Counted from the first letter of the stretch, positions 1 through 14,257 are shown. The stretch is 64,000 nucleotides of DNA from Eledone cirrhosa (GCA_964016885.1 OZ024757.1:38316001-38380000); one strand, 5' to 3'. The notes: generated by a model from the sequence alone, not told the origin. A program made the numbers and translations.

Positions 1-676
1 CCCTGACAGCCTGTATTTCGAAGTTGTCTATGGCAAAATTATTTCCATCTGTATATATTTGTTTCAATTGTACCTCCCAATAGAACTATTTTCACAACAT
101 TTGTTGGTATTTTATTTTATTTCTATATCTAATTCTGTCGTTTTACACATTCTGAAATTTATTAGGTTCCTCGTGATATACTTTGTTTGGTATTGAATAA
201 AATACTGTCCAGAAATCGTATGTTAGTGTAAATCGCATGTTAGTGTAAATCTCAACACCGTAAGGACATACTTTCGATTCCCAGAGTCACACTGTCTCTT
301 CAAACCGACGATTTGTTTCTCTTTCATCCAGGAAACTCATTCGTAATATCAATGGTCTATGGCTACATATCAAACGATGAAAGCCTCTTCTCGTCCTCTG
401 GGGTAACGCCTTCTCCATTCTGTCCGCCGGGGCCGTGTGGAGGCCACCAATATGATTGACTGATGTTTTTAGACATCACCCAGTTAATTATGATTCATTC
501 TGTGCTGTAGATATAATCATACTGTGTATAGATGAATTTGTATAAAATTGATTTAAAGTCTCTTGTTCATTTATTATTTGCTCTTGTGTAAGCTTCAGGG
601 ATAATAATGTGAAATGAAACAAAACTATATATGTTCACTTTTTGCGAGTTGAGTGGATTGGAATATATATAAAAAG

Positions 677-829
677 AAAACAGCTTGCTCGGGCATGTTC
701 CTCAGAAGGGAACTTCCTAGGAGCAAACCAATGAGTTTTTTAACACTTTATATATAAAGTTTCAAAAAGACCATAGGTTTGGCTTCAAGAAAGTTCCCTT
801 ACGAGGCACAAAGCCAAGCAAGCTGTTTT
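677..829. repeat. Imperfect fold-back (hairpin/MITE-like) element centred on TATATATA
   Basis: Arm aaaacagcttgctcgggc...aagggaactt...aaacc pairs with ggttt...aagttccctt...gccaagcaagctgtttt around tatatata at ~748-755. Confidence 0.8.
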
Positions 830-856
830 TTTTAAATATTATTTTTTAATAAAGAG

Positions 857-1047
857 TAGTGGATTGGCAGTATCGGTGGAGGGTCGGATGCCATGCTTTG
901 CAGTACAGAGTTACGACTCTTTATATTCTGAGTTCAAAGCCCGCGGAGGTTAACATTGCCTTTCATCCTTAAGGGGTCAATAAAATAAAGTACCAGTAAT
1001 GTACTGGGATAATTGCTGGTCTTGTGCCAAAAGTAGAAACAATTATT
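857..1047 (+). mobile_element. tRNA-derived SINE, family A
   Basis: A-box-like tggcagtatcgg, B-box-like gagttcaaa, body gcctttcatcctt-ggggtc-ataaaataaagtaccagt and tail gtagaaacaattatt. TSD-like ttttttaaatatt..ttttttaata on both sides. Confidence 0.9.
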
Positions 1048-1159
1048 TTTTAAATATTTTTTTTTTAATATTATGAAATGTTATAAGTAACCAATCTAAG
1101 ACAAGACATTTTAACATCCCAGCCTATATCATAGTTAATAATTACGTCACTCTTGTGAA

Positions 1160-1440
1160 GGGGTCTGATCTAGTGTTAAGAGTGTTGGACGTACGATCAT
1201 AATGTTGTGGGTTCGATTCTTGGGCTGGGATGTGTGTTGTGGTTTTTTAGTAGATCACTTCATTTCACTTTGCTCTAGTATACCCAGCTGGAAATGTATA
1301 CCAGCAATAGCTGAGAGTTTTACCCTGCGATAGATTGGCGTCCTGTCCGGGGTGCGGGAGTCTTGTACGGTCAGTTGCTTAACTCCACGAAACCGGAATA
1401 AGCACCGACCTGATGAGCCTTCTGGCTTGAGACAGACTTC
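1160..1440 (+). mobile_element. tRNA-derived SINE, family B (CORE-like centre, LINE-like 3' end)
   Basis: Head tctagtgttaagag...gggttcgattc; centre tgtgttgt...cacttcatttcactttgctc; accctgcgatagattggcgtcctgtccgggg; tail gaaaccggaataagcaccgacctgatgagcc. A reverse copy lies at ~11490-11756. Confidence 0.8.
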
Positions 1441-2487
1441 TCAGATCAGATGTACCGTCCTTCAATACTGGAGTTGAACCGTTCTCCTATCAGTAAATAT
1501 GGGCGGTGAAAAGATTAAGAATCATGTCTTTTCTCTCCGTCTTATTCTTCTTGAAATAGTTGTTTTACCTATCTGGTAATAGCAAAGACAGACTTATGTG
1601 AAGATGTAATATAAATAACACGAGAAGGAATATACGGAGTTACACGTGATTGCTATAAGAGTAAGACATATAAAATAAATCAAATAGGAGTAGTTTGAGT
1701 GAAATCACATTTAGAAAGATAGAAGAAAACCCAACAAACATATTAAAGCTAAATTCTAGAAATAAAATCTAAGATACTGAAAGATACAATAGTGAAATTT
1801 GAGCGAGTGAATGAATGAATGAGGGAGGGGGTTAAGGTTAGAGAGAGTGGACGTTTTTTTATTCAGAATAATGAATGATAATAGATAAAGAACGTTGAGA
1901 AGAATGTAAACACAGCTCAGCAAAGAAACAGGAAGTGTGTATTTGTCTGTGTTGGGGGTGATGTAAAATGGTGAAAATAGAAAACAATTGAAATATAAAA
2001 GCAAATAAATTTTAAGAAAATTAAGATCAAACACAAAGTACTAAAAAAGAAATATATATATATATAATGAAATAAAAAAAATAGGTAAAATTTAACTAAA
2101 ATAAAAAAATTATCTATTTAAAACCAGAAGGATTTAGTACCATATTTGCATTTTAGTCTAATCAATTGATGTAGAAGGCAAAGGAGAAAAGAAAAAGTAT
2201 ATATATAACAAAAAGGAGAAAAGTATTTAAGGTTGTAAGAATGGATATATTAGCATATTTTCTATGTAAAATAGAACGAATAGAAAGAGAAGATGAATTG
2301 AAAATGAAATGAATAGTAAAGAGAATTTAAAAAGAATTCAAAAATATTGCAGAACAAAGCAAATACAAGAATTAGAATACCTTAAATGAGACAACAATAT
2401 AATGGAGGAACTCGTTAATATATGTGTGTGGAGAGAGAGGGACAGGTGTAGGTTATGGCTTAGACTGGAAAACCGAAAGTCAAATAA

Positions 2488-2490
<3 letters not shown>

Positions 2491-2526
<36 letters not shown>

Positions 2527-2527
2527 C

Positions 2528-2566
<39 letters not shown>

Positions 2567-2616
2567 CATATGTATATAGATATGTATATATATGTATGTA
2601 TGTATATATATGTATG

Positions 2617-2676
<60 letters not shown>

Positions 2677-2689
2677 CATATGTATATAG

Positions 2690-2734
<45 letters not shown>

Positions 2735-2762
2735 CATATGTATATAGATATGTATATATATG

Positions 2763-2796
<34 letters not shown>
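2491..2796. repeat. (TA)n microsatellite with TACA/TATG interruptions
   Basis: Direct inspection. Confidence 0.97.
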
Positions 2797-2862
2797 GGAA
2801 CAAGTAAGACCCCGACGGCTGAGCTCAAGCTGTTTCGACGGCTAATTATGTACTGAATGAAA
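2797..2862 (-). mobile_element. Hammerhead-bearing element family C, inverted partial copy (3' half of the HHR, cut by the gap)
   Basis: Reverse complement reads tagccgtcGAAAcagcttgagctcagccGTCggggtcttacttgttcc, an inverted repeat of ~3278-3340. Confidence 0.75.
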
Positions 2863-3062
2863 NNNNNNNNNNNNNNNNNNNNNNNNNNNNNNNNNNNNNN
2901 NNNNNNNNNNNNNNNNNNNNNNNNNNNNNNNNNNNNNNNNNNNNNNNNNNNNNNNNNNNNNNNNNNNNNNNNNNNNNNNNNNNNNNNNNNNNNNNNNNNN
3001 NNNNNNNNNNNNNNNNNNNNNNNNNNNNNNNNNNNNNNNNNNNNNNNNNNNNNNNNNNNNNN
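2863..3062. other. Assembly gap (200 N)
   Basis: Run of N. Confidence 0.99.
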
Positions 3063-3234
3063 CGTTGGTAGTGCCAGCTACAGCTGGGTGTGAGGTCAAG
3101 GAGGATACTGGGGAGGGGGAGGGGGAGGAGGTTGAAACGGTAAGTAGAACAATGAAAGGTAAAACTATAAAATGTACTACTAACTTGTGATGTGACCAAT
3201 CCTGGTGATTATCTCTTTGACCATATATGGAATT

Positions 3235-3328
3235 ACCCCTTGATAAGTTCGGCTATTTAAATACCAGAATAAATTTACATTCAGTACAGAATTAGCCGTT
3301 GAAACGGCTTGAGCTCAGCCGTCGGGGT
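3235..3328 (+). ncRNA. Type I hammerhead ribozyme with U3-A8 variant core (family C)
   Basis: Stem I acccc/ggggt; core TTGATAA (3240-3246); stem II g..cggcta/tagccg.t with a large loop; GAAA at 3301-3304; stem III acggct/agccgt with palindromic gagctc in the loop; GTC cleavage triplet ending at 3323. Confidence 0.7.
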
Positions 3329-3420
3329 TTTACTTGTTCCTATTACCCCCTCTACTACCCTAAGTATTGAGTACTTTGGTGCGTTATGGTCCACCTGGTT
3401 CCTTACCACATTTCCTTCGT

Positions 3421-4025
<605 letters not shown>

Positions 4026-4026
<1 letters not shown>

Positions 4027-4075
4027 ATATATATATGTATATGTATGTACATGTATATGTATATATATGTATATG

Positions 4076-4134
<59 letters not shown>

Positions 4135-4746
4135 GTATATGTATATATATGTATATGTATATGTATATATATATATGTATAGATATATATGTATATATAT
4201 ATATATATATACATATGTATATATATATATACATATGTATATATATATATATATATACATATGTATATATATATATATATATACATATGTATATATATAT
4301 ATACATATGTATATATATATATATATATACATATGTATATATATATATATATACATATGTATATATATATATATATACATATGTATATATATATATATAT
4401 ACATATGTATATATATATATATATATACATATGTATATATATATATACATATGTATATATATATATATATATATACATATGTATATATATATATATATAC
4501 ATATGTATATATATATATACATATGTATATATATATATATATACATATGTATATATATATATACATATGTATATATATATATATATATACATATGTATAT
4601 ATATATATATATACATATGTATATATATATATATATACATATGTATATATATATATATATATATGTATATATAAATATATATATATATATGTATATATAT
4701 ATACATATAATATATATATATACATATGTATATATATATATATATG

Positions 4747-4816
<70 letters not shown>

Positions 4817-4863
4817 CATATGTATATATATATATACATATGTATATATATATATATACATAT

Positions 4864-4912
<49 letters not shown>

Positions 4913-5199
4913 CATATACATATGTATATATATATATATATACATATACATATGTATATATATATATATACATATACATATGTATATATATATATATACA
5001 TATACATATGTATATATATATACATATGTATATATATACATATACATATACATATGTATATATATACATATGTATATATATATATATACATATGTATGTA
5101 TATATATATATATATACATATGTATATATATATATATACATATGTATATATATATATATGTATATATATATATGTATATATATGTATATATATATAATG

Positions 5200-5235
<36 letters not shown>

Positions 5236-5339
5236 AATATATAATATGTATATATAATAATATATATATATAATATATATATATATGTATATATATATAT
5301 GTATATATATATATGTATATATATATATGTGTATATATA

Positions 5340-5380
<41 letters not shown>

Positions 5381-5402
5381 GTATATATATGTATATATAT
5401 AT

Positions 5403-5499
<97 letters not shown>

Positions 5500-6037
5500 T
5501 ACATATGTATATCTATATATATACATATGTATATCTATATATATACATATGTATATATATGTATATATATATGTATATATATGTATATATATATGTATAT
5601 ATATGTATATATATATGTATATATATGTATATATATATATATGTATATATATGTATATGTATATATATGTATATATATATATATGTATATATATGTATAT
5701 ATATATATATGTATATATATGTATATATATATATATGTATATATATGTATATATATATATATGTATATATATGTATATATATATATATGTATATATATGT
5801 ATATATATATATGTGTATATATATGTATATATATATGTATATGTATATATAAATATATATGTATATATAAATATAATATATATAATATATACATATATAT
5901 ATATGTATATATATATATGTATATATATGTATATATATATATGTGTATATATATGTATATATATATATATACATATGTATATATATGTATATATATATAT
6001 GTGTATATATATGTATATATATATGTGTATATATATG

Positions 6038-6072
<35 letters not shown>

Positions 6073-7436
6073 GTGTATATATATATGTGTATATATATAT
6101 GTGTATATATATATATGTGTATATATATATGTGTATATATATATATATGTGTATATATATGTGTGTATATATATGTGTATATATATATGTGTATATATAT
6201 ATGTGTATATATATATGTGTATATATATATGTGTATATATATATGTGTATATATATATGTGTATATATATATGTGTATATATATATGTGTATATATATAT
6301 GTGTATATATATATGTGTATATATATATGTGTATATATATGTGTATATATATGTGTATATATATGTGTATATATATGTGTATATATATGTGTATATATAT
6401 GTGTATATATATGTGTATATATATGTGTATATATATGTATATATATATGTGTATATATATGTGTATATATATGTGTATATATATGTGTATATATATATGT
6501 ATATATGTGTATATATATGTGTATATATATGTGTATATATATATATATGTATATATGTGTATATATATGTGTATATATATGTGTATATATATATGTATAT
6601 ATATATGTATATATGTATATATATATGTATATATGTGTATATATATGTGTATATATATGTATATATATATGTATATATGTGTATATATATGTGTATATGT
6701 ATATATATGTGTGTATATATATATATGTGTATATATATGTGTATATATATGTGTATATATATGTGTATATATATGTATATATATATATGTATATATATAT
6801 GTGTATATATATGTATATATATGTATATATATGTATATATATATATGTATATATATATATGTATATATATGTATATATATATATGTATATATATATGTGT
6901 ATATATATGTATATATATGTGTATATATATGTGTATATATATATGTATATATATATGTATATATATGTATATATATGTATATATATGTGTATATATATAT
7001 GTATATATATGTGTATATATATGTATATATATGTGTATATATATGTATATATATGTGTATATATATGTATATATATGTGTATATATATGTGTATATATAT
7101 GTGTATATATATGTGTATATATATGTGTATATATGTGTATATATATGTATATATGTGTATATATATATGTATATATGTGTATATATATGTGTATATATAT
7201 GTGTGTATATATATGTGTATATATATGTGTGTATATATATGTGTGTATATATATGTGTGTATATATATATGTGCATATATATATGTGTATATATATGTGT
7301 ATATATATATATATATCTATACACACATGTATATATATGTGTATATATATATATATACATATGTATATATATGTGTATATATATATATGTGTATATATGT
7401 ATATGCGTGTATGTGTGTATATATACATGTATCTAT
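4026..7436. repeat. ~3.4-kb compound (TA)n tract with successive CATATG-, TG- and TGTG-interrupted domains
   Basis: Direct inspection. This tract is the source of the long YI-repeat ORFs. Confidence 0.97.
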
Positions 7437-7991
7437 ACAGAGAGAGAAGGATAGTGGGTGGGGTAGACAATGAGTGAAATAGAGAGTGACAGACGGGGCT
7501 GAGAATGAGAGAGAGAGATAGAAAATGAGAAATAGAAGGGAAGATGGAGGGATAGAACTAGATGACACTGAGGAAGTAAGAACATTTATCACAATTGAAA
7601 CAACCGGAATTTATACGGACTGTTCCCAAGATAAGGGGTTTGTTTGCACAAAATATTAACTCTTTCATTTCTGTTATTTACTTAATTAAAAACTCTTCAG
7701 TCTGTGCATTTCAAATTATCTCGAAAAATAATCAATAATTCGTAAGGATTTATTAAAATAACTAATCTACTCATTAAAAGCTGGTGTCTGGAACATCACT
7801 TCAAAAGATTCTTATATATGTTTTGATTGACAATCTTTAGATAAATAGAAACACTTAAATAGAAATAGCTTTGTGTTGTAGAAACTGGGGTGGTTCTGCT
7901 TGTTGACACTACTATCTCAAGTGACGGAGATATAGTACTATTACTTCCGCTGGATAGACAGTACACATGCATACACACATGTGTACACATA

Positions 7992-8024
<33 letters not shown>

Positions 8025-8026
<2 letters not shown>

Positions 8027-8170
8027 GTTATTCCGGGTTGAATCGGAGGTAACCACAGTAAGTAAGATACTCAATACATTGCAGAGTATAACAGTTTTAA
8101 TATAGATGAGATTCCGATCTAACCGTGACCATCAGTTCTAGTCCTGTAGAATCTCATCTATATTAAAACC
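8025..8170. mobile_element. Family A fold-back copy whose centre is replaced by a 23-nt templated insert
   Basis: 8025-8114 is the reverse complement of ~3937-4026 with about 2 mismatches; 8135-8169 is gttctagtcctgtagaatctcatctatattaaaac. Confidence 0.8.
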
Positions 8171-8252
8171 TATATATATATTCTTTAAAGCCATCCCAAT
8201 CACCACCTTCTCCTACCGCCAGAAAATGTATAAATGCCACCATACAGCAGTC

Positions 8253-8292
8253 GGCTTCCTCGTGATTTCTCCCGAATGAAACAGTCCTGTAG
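8253..8292 (+). ncRNA. Degenerate family A hammerhead
   Basis: ggcttc-CTCGTGA-tttctcccgaat-GAAAcagtcctgta. The core is mutated and the stem III loop is deleted. Confidence 0.55.
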
Positions 8293-8559
8293 ATATATAT
8301 GATTAAATATAAATAATTACAACAGTGACATAAACAGCTGCTCAAATTTCGTTGGGTTCTGGGTCCTAACTTCATTCAGCCTCTCACGAGAAAAATAAAA
8401 ACAACGAAGACCATCTAGGGTTAATTGTGCTTTCCTTTTAGAAATGTAACATGAGAGTTTATGCAGGGGCAGGTAATTTAGAAACACTTTTTAAAAAAAA
8501 TATATATATATATATTTATATATGCTATGCTGTAAAATGGAGGTGTAGAGAGGGCCCCT

Positions 8560-8710
8560 GAGTCCAGTAAGGCAACCTCCCTAGTGCTGGTGGCACGAAT
8601 AAAAGCACCCAGTCCTTGCTGTAAAGTGGTGCTAGTGTTAGGAAGGGCATCCAACCAGTATATATACTACTGCCAAAAACTATGTGCACAACAAATGTTG
8701 ATGATGATGA
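8560..8710 (+). mobile_element. RTE-type LINE/SINE 3' end fragment
   Basis: gtgctggtggcacg..aaaagcaccca..gtaaagtgg..ttaggaagggcatcca with a (gat)n tail. Related reverse copy at 32364-32630. Confidence 0.6.
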
Positions 8711-9739
8711 TATATATTGTATATAAAAGCAACGTAGCCATATTACAGTGGGATCTCTGTAGGTATATGACGTAATATGTTCCGATCTAACCGTGACCAT
8801 CATATTTGATTTTTTATAACATACTCCAGCTAGGACCTGATTCTCAACGTCATTCCTCTTCTCATTGACAGTGTTGTGATTTGATGGAGATTTCAGCTGG
8901 AATTTCTCTCAGATCGATTTACCAATAAACGGCTCCAATTTCGGGTTCGCTTTTATGAGAGTGATAGCCTGATTGTGTATTTGTGTGTGTGAGATTAATG
9001 GGTATAGCTATTTTGAATCTTTTGTTACGATATAGAGTATACGAACAGGAAGAGAATACGACTACTGCTGGAATTGACAGGCGTGAGTAAACGAGAGAAT
9101 GAAACAAAAGAGGAGAGAAAAAGACGAGATTAAACACACGAGATCAAAAGCTACTTTGAAATAAAAAAAATAGTTGGAGGAAGCGGAAGAAAGATTAACG
9201 TAATTTAAGAAAAAAAAAATTAAAAATCTTAAGACGAAATGTGGAGGATTTTTTTGTCTTCTTTTCCTATAATTTAGATAATGTACGAGAACGGCAAAGT
9301 TGAAACGAATGTAAATAATATTTAGATGAAAGTGATGTTTACTAATAATTTCCTCTATCAGTTTTGTTTTAAGTCGAGTGATGTAGTGCATTTCAATTCT
9401 TCTTTGTTTTTAAATCGATGGTGAGCCGGTGGAAACAGCCATTTTTTACTTCCCTTCACTTATTATATTTTTTTGTCTTTTTCAAAGGAGTGAATCCAAT
9501 GTAATGTACTGCACGAGAAAATGTAAATATAAACGAAAATATGAGAGCAACATATTAGTAAACAACATATCCATCGTGAATAGTATAAAGGATAAAGAAA
9601 AACAATTGAATACTAACTTTACTGTAATTTTGAAAGATACAAGAAAGGAAGCAGATATGTTTCTTATGGAAACTGATTAACAAAACCTTGTCCACACTTA
9701 AAACATAATCATATCTTGATGTGCATGTTTCTATAGGAG

Positions 9740-10197
9740 TGTGTATGTGTTTGTATGTATCTGTGTACGTATGTATCTGTGTACGTTGTTGTATAGGAGT
9801 TTGTATGTGTTTGTGTACTTGTTAGTAAATGCATGTGTGTGTGTATGCAAGTTTGTATGTGTGTGTTACTATGTGTTTATGTATGTGTTTCTATGTATAT
9901 TTGTATATGCATTTGTATGTGTGTTTGTATACGTGTTTGCATGTATTTGTGTACGTGTTTGTAAGTGTGTGTCTGTTTACGCAAGTTTGCATGTGTTTCT
10001 ATGTGTTTGTATGTTTGTTTGCATATACATGTGTATGTATGTGTGTGTATGCGGGTTTGTAGATGACTTTGTAGATGTGTTTGTGAAGTGTTCGGATACG
10101 TGTTTGCATCTGTATGCGTGTGTTCTTATACGTGCTTGCAAGCGTGTTTCTGTTTATTTGTATGTTTTTTGTCTGCATTTTCATTTATATATGCGCA
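9740..10197. repeat. Degenerate TG/TGTA low-complexity tract
   Basis: Direct inspection. Confidence 0.9.
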
Positions 10198-10261
10198 TGT
10201 ACCAGTCACTGACCCCGAAATTATTGGCCTTGTGCCTAAATCAGGAACCATTATTTCCATA

Positions 10262-10673
10262 AGGACGGATTGCTAATATCGGTAGAACGTGGGACAACAT
10301 GGTTTACGACATTCTATATCTGGTCATTACCTTCTGAGTTCTAATCCCACCAACGTTACCTGTGCATTTGCCTTTCCTTTTTACGTCGCCGAGACAATAT
10401 AGTACCAGTAATGCACTGGGGTTGATTTAATCGACTTTCCCCACCCACAAATTGGTTGGACTTGTGTCTAAATTAGAAACTATTATTGGATTGGCAGTAT
10501 CGGTAGAGTGTCGGACGCCATGCTGTGCAGCAAAGAGTTACGGCTCTTTATGATCTGAATTAAGTCCTGCCGAGGTTAACTTTGCCTTTTGTCCTTACGG
10601 GGTCAATAAAATAAAGTACCAGTAATACACTGGGAAAATTGCTGGCCTTGTGCCAAAAGTAGAAACAATTATT
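10262..10673 (+). mobile_element. Two tandem SINE family A copies (diverged 10262-10487; younger 10488-10673)
   Basis: Both match the family A consensus. attatttccataa flanks the pair and is TSD-like. Confidence 0.85.
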
Positions 10674-11339
10674 TCCATAAATTCAAAGAGGTCTCTTTTC
10701 TCTGACAAACTCATCTCCTTCGTAATGCAGTTTAGGATTAAATTAACCTTTTTTTCATACATGTATACTCCACATCTTGCTTATAATCTTTATATTCATC
10801 AACATTAAATAAAAAAACTATTAAGCGTCTCATTATTGAATTGCTCTTCAGGCATATAACCAATTTTTTGTGAAATTATTGTTGATTGCTTAGAACTTAA
10901 GTTTTTTTATAACAGGCAATTATATGAAGGAAGCGATAGCTATGGAAGTTAAAATTAATCTTTGCGACACACTGACCCCTAGTATAAGAAGAAAAGAATC
11001 ATGTAGCTAGAATGTAATTAATTTTTTTCTCAACAAATGCGGCATGGCACCATATTTACTACGAATCCTTGAAAATTATTTCGAGACATTTTTTTTCTTA
11101 TATTTCAGACGTAACAAAAAAAAAAAGAAACAGCAAAAAGATAAAGGAAGAAGAACAGTTTTTGCGGTGTTTTGATCAGAAACTAACAAGTTTATATATC
11201 ATAGGTCTACAGTAAATTCGATTATCATCGGTGTTCTTCTTTTCTTCTAATTATATTCCATTGAACCTATTATAGTAATAGCTATAGAGATAACTACTAA
11301 TGTGAGATTGTGATATTCCTCCTGTATTGTTGATATCTA

Positions 11340-11480
11340 ATTGAAGCACAAGGTCAATAATGTGAGGAGATGAGATAGGAAAATCGATTAGATTGACCCA
11401 ATAATTAACTAGCTTTTTATCTATACGGTATCGGAAGGATGAAAGGCAAATTTGACCTCGACGGGATTTGAACTCAGAAG
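11340..11480 (-). mobile_element. Diverged SINE family A fragment
   Basis: aaggatgaaaggcaaatttgacctcgacgggatttgaactcaga. Confidence 0.75.
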
Positions 11481-11489
11481 ATAAGGTCT

Positions 11490-11756
11490 AATGTCTCTCT
11501 CAAACCCGGAAGACCATCAGACCGGCGCTTATGCCAGTTTTTGTAGCGTTAAGCGACTGACAACACCTATCCCTCCTAGTGTTAACACCCCCCCCCCCCC
11601 CCAGTTATTACTGGTACTCTGTTTTAGCTGAGAATACAAGATCAACTTGAAATAAAATGTTTTACTCCGAAACACAACACAAAATACAGTCCAGGAATCG
11701 AACCATGGCATTATGATCTCAAGTTCAACACTCTTACCACGAAACCACGCGCCTTT
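11490..11756 (-). mobile_element. SINE family B
   Basis: Reverse complement matches 1160-1440 (ggttcgattcctgg; ggcataagcgccggtctgatgg). Confidence 0.75.
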
Positions 11757-11839
11757 CCTATAGAACGTAAAGGGCCGTAATTAAATGGTGGAAATCATTT
11801 AGTCTGACATGAACACAAATATATATGAAAAAAACCAGG

Positions 11840-11910
11840 GCCCACTCTACTACCCCAAGTATCGAGTACACTGGTGGGTTATGGTCCACCTAGATTTTAC
11901 CACACCCTAA
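11840..11910 (+). mobile_element. Family C 3' tail fragment
   Basis: ctctactaccccaagtatcgagtacactggtgggttatggtccacct matches ~3349-3397 and is followed by TA/CA repeats. Confidence 0.7.
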
Positions 11911-12542
11911 CTGATACAAATATATTTATATATATGTACACACTCACACGCACAAACACACACACACGTATACACGCACACGCACATACTCACATACATA
12001 CATATATATATATATACACAAACTCACTTGTGAGTACCAGTAATGCACTAGAGTCGATTTAATTGACTTTACCCTCCCCCCAAATTGTTGATCTTGTACC
12101 TAAATCAGAACCCAATATTTTGCTCAGTTTCTTTCTCTCTATTCCATGAAGCCTGATGCTAATGTGGTTGAATTCATCATTTATAAACCTCGCAACGGAA
12201 CATCAGATCTGTTCCAGTAATTAATGAAGTTGATTCAAGCAACTTAATGCAAACTTCGCGAGAGTTGGAATTTGTGGAAATATGACAGATTTTGTTTGGT
12301 ATAAATCCCATAAGCGGGCAGTATAAATGGAAATCACCATCAAAATTGCATTGATTGATGTAAATTTTCTGGGTTCATTCTGAACAGATCAATTAATCTG
12401 CTCGCTCATCAGCAAATCCAAATATGGGGAACCAGTGATTGGTGTTTCTGTAAAACTAAATTATTTAGATTGGCACCATACCAACAAAGATACTAACAGT
12501 TTTGTTACCAACTCCTTCCGCCAAATCGTTTTTTAAATTCCC

Positions 12543-12584
<42 letters not shown>

Positions 12585-12615
12585 TACACACACGCTCTTT
12601 CACACACAATTGTGT

Positions 12616-12649
<34 letters not shown>

Positions 12650-12747
12650 ACGTGTGCTCTCTCTCATACACACAATCGCGGTCTCTCACACACACACACA
12701 CTTGTGCTCTCTCTCATACACACACTCGCGGTCTCTCACACACACAC
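12543..12747. repeat. Compound (CT)n/(CA)n microsatellite with higher-order units
   Basis: Direct inspection. Confidence 0.9.
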
Positions 12748-12873
12748 CTTGTCTACCATACATACTATCCCCGGGATAATCAGTTATTGTTCAACCCTGG
12801 AGTTCGCTGGGCACCACTATGTTTCAAACTGCCAAGACAAATGCCGTATGTCACAACACCACCTCTAAAACTC

Positions 12874-12918
<45 letters not shown>

Positions 12919-13319
12919 GTTAGTCCTTCATCAGTGATCTTCCAACCATCATTGGTATTTCATCGCTTTAAAGACCATATACCTCCGGTTGGTGCGAGCA
13001 ACGGCTAAAGAAAGTCGTTGGGACACGTAAATAAGGGGAACGAGCGAGAGTGTAAACAAACAAAGATGGTAAAGCAACGAAAAGAGAGGAAGAACGAGTC
13101 AAGTCCCAAATTTCCATGAATATAAGTTCGGTGAAATCGTCAACGAGAGAGAATAAAGACCATCAAACCTAGTCGAAATGTGAACAAGGAAGGAATTCCG
13201 CACAGGTTAAACGGGAGGAAGAAGGAGTCTAGTCCGTGAATTCGGTGAACATAAGTTCTGTGAAATCGTAGACGAGAGAGAGATTTATATATATATATAG
13301 TCAGGATGGAGCTAGTTTT

Positions 13320-13425
13320 AAGCTAGACTATTACTCAACAGAGTAATCGATAATTAGGATAGTAGAATGTGACTATACCAGAAAGAGTCGGGGTCCGACG
13401 GGTGAGCTCTTGCTGCTTCGACCGT
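13320..13425 (-). mobile_element. Diverged family C copy
   Basis: Reverse complement gtcgaagcagcaagagctcacccgtcggaccccgactc...attctactatcctaattatcga resembles ~3298-3370. Confidence 0.55.
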
Positions 13426-13442
13426 TCGCTCTAGACCTAGTC

Positions 13443-13514
13443 TGGAACTAGCTGTTGAAATTGCAAAAGCTCATATATATATATGAGCTTTTGCAATTTC
13501 AACAGCTAGTTCCA
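13443..13514. repeat. Perfect 72-bp palindrome centred on (AT)6
   Basis: tggaactagctgttgaaattgcaaaagctc-(at)6-gagcttttgcaatttcaacagctagttcca. Confidence 0.95.
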
Positions 13515-14168
13515 TTATTTGTCTAGGCAGACAGTACTTGATTGAGGAGTTTCAGAAACCCAAATGCTGGATTTTACCAACCTTCCAGGGGTCCGGGTAT
13601 AATTTTCAATCATATTTTACTTGTTTAACCCGAATTACTTGGTCGTTTCTATGGCTGTGCGGATAATGGTTTAACCATAGGTCTCGGTGTGTTTGGCCTT
13701 TTGACTTATGTTGTTGCTCTAGTTCACTAGCTTCTTTGGAGCGCTCGCCACACATTTGGGAAGTTGTTTTTCGCTAATTTCCAATAGCCGAAATAGGATT
13801 CTCGCTAATTTATATTTTACGCAATTTTATATGAATGTGTGGGAGTGAATGTTGACAGTCAGGTGTAAAGTATGTATGAACATTTATGAATGTATATTTG
13901 TTTGATCTTCAAAGACTCATTTCTGAGAAACGTGTTGACAAAGATTCATTCTCCTTTATCACGTCTGCCAGATTTCTCATTCTGTAAAAGAAACATTAAT
14001 CCACCACCCTCTATCGAACAGTACTTTCCCCTCCCTTTCTCATTCACGTTATATATATATACATGTCTGCGATGCGAGTGTATATCTTATATATATATAT
14101 ACACACACACACATGTATTGGCAAATATATATATATATGTATATATAGATATATGGGTTTGCATCTCC

Positions 14169-14253
<85 letters not shown>

Positions 14254-14257
<4 letters not shown>

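Noticed and set aside
1-85. Minus-strand open frame FYWEVQLKQIYTDGNNFAIDNFEIQAVR
   Set aside because: It is short, truncated by the window edge, has a weak acceptor and has no recognisable homology.
1388-1428. GAAAC...CTGATGAG as a hammerhead
   Set aside because: It matches a common SINE 3' tail, and helices I/II and the cleavage triplet do not form correctly.
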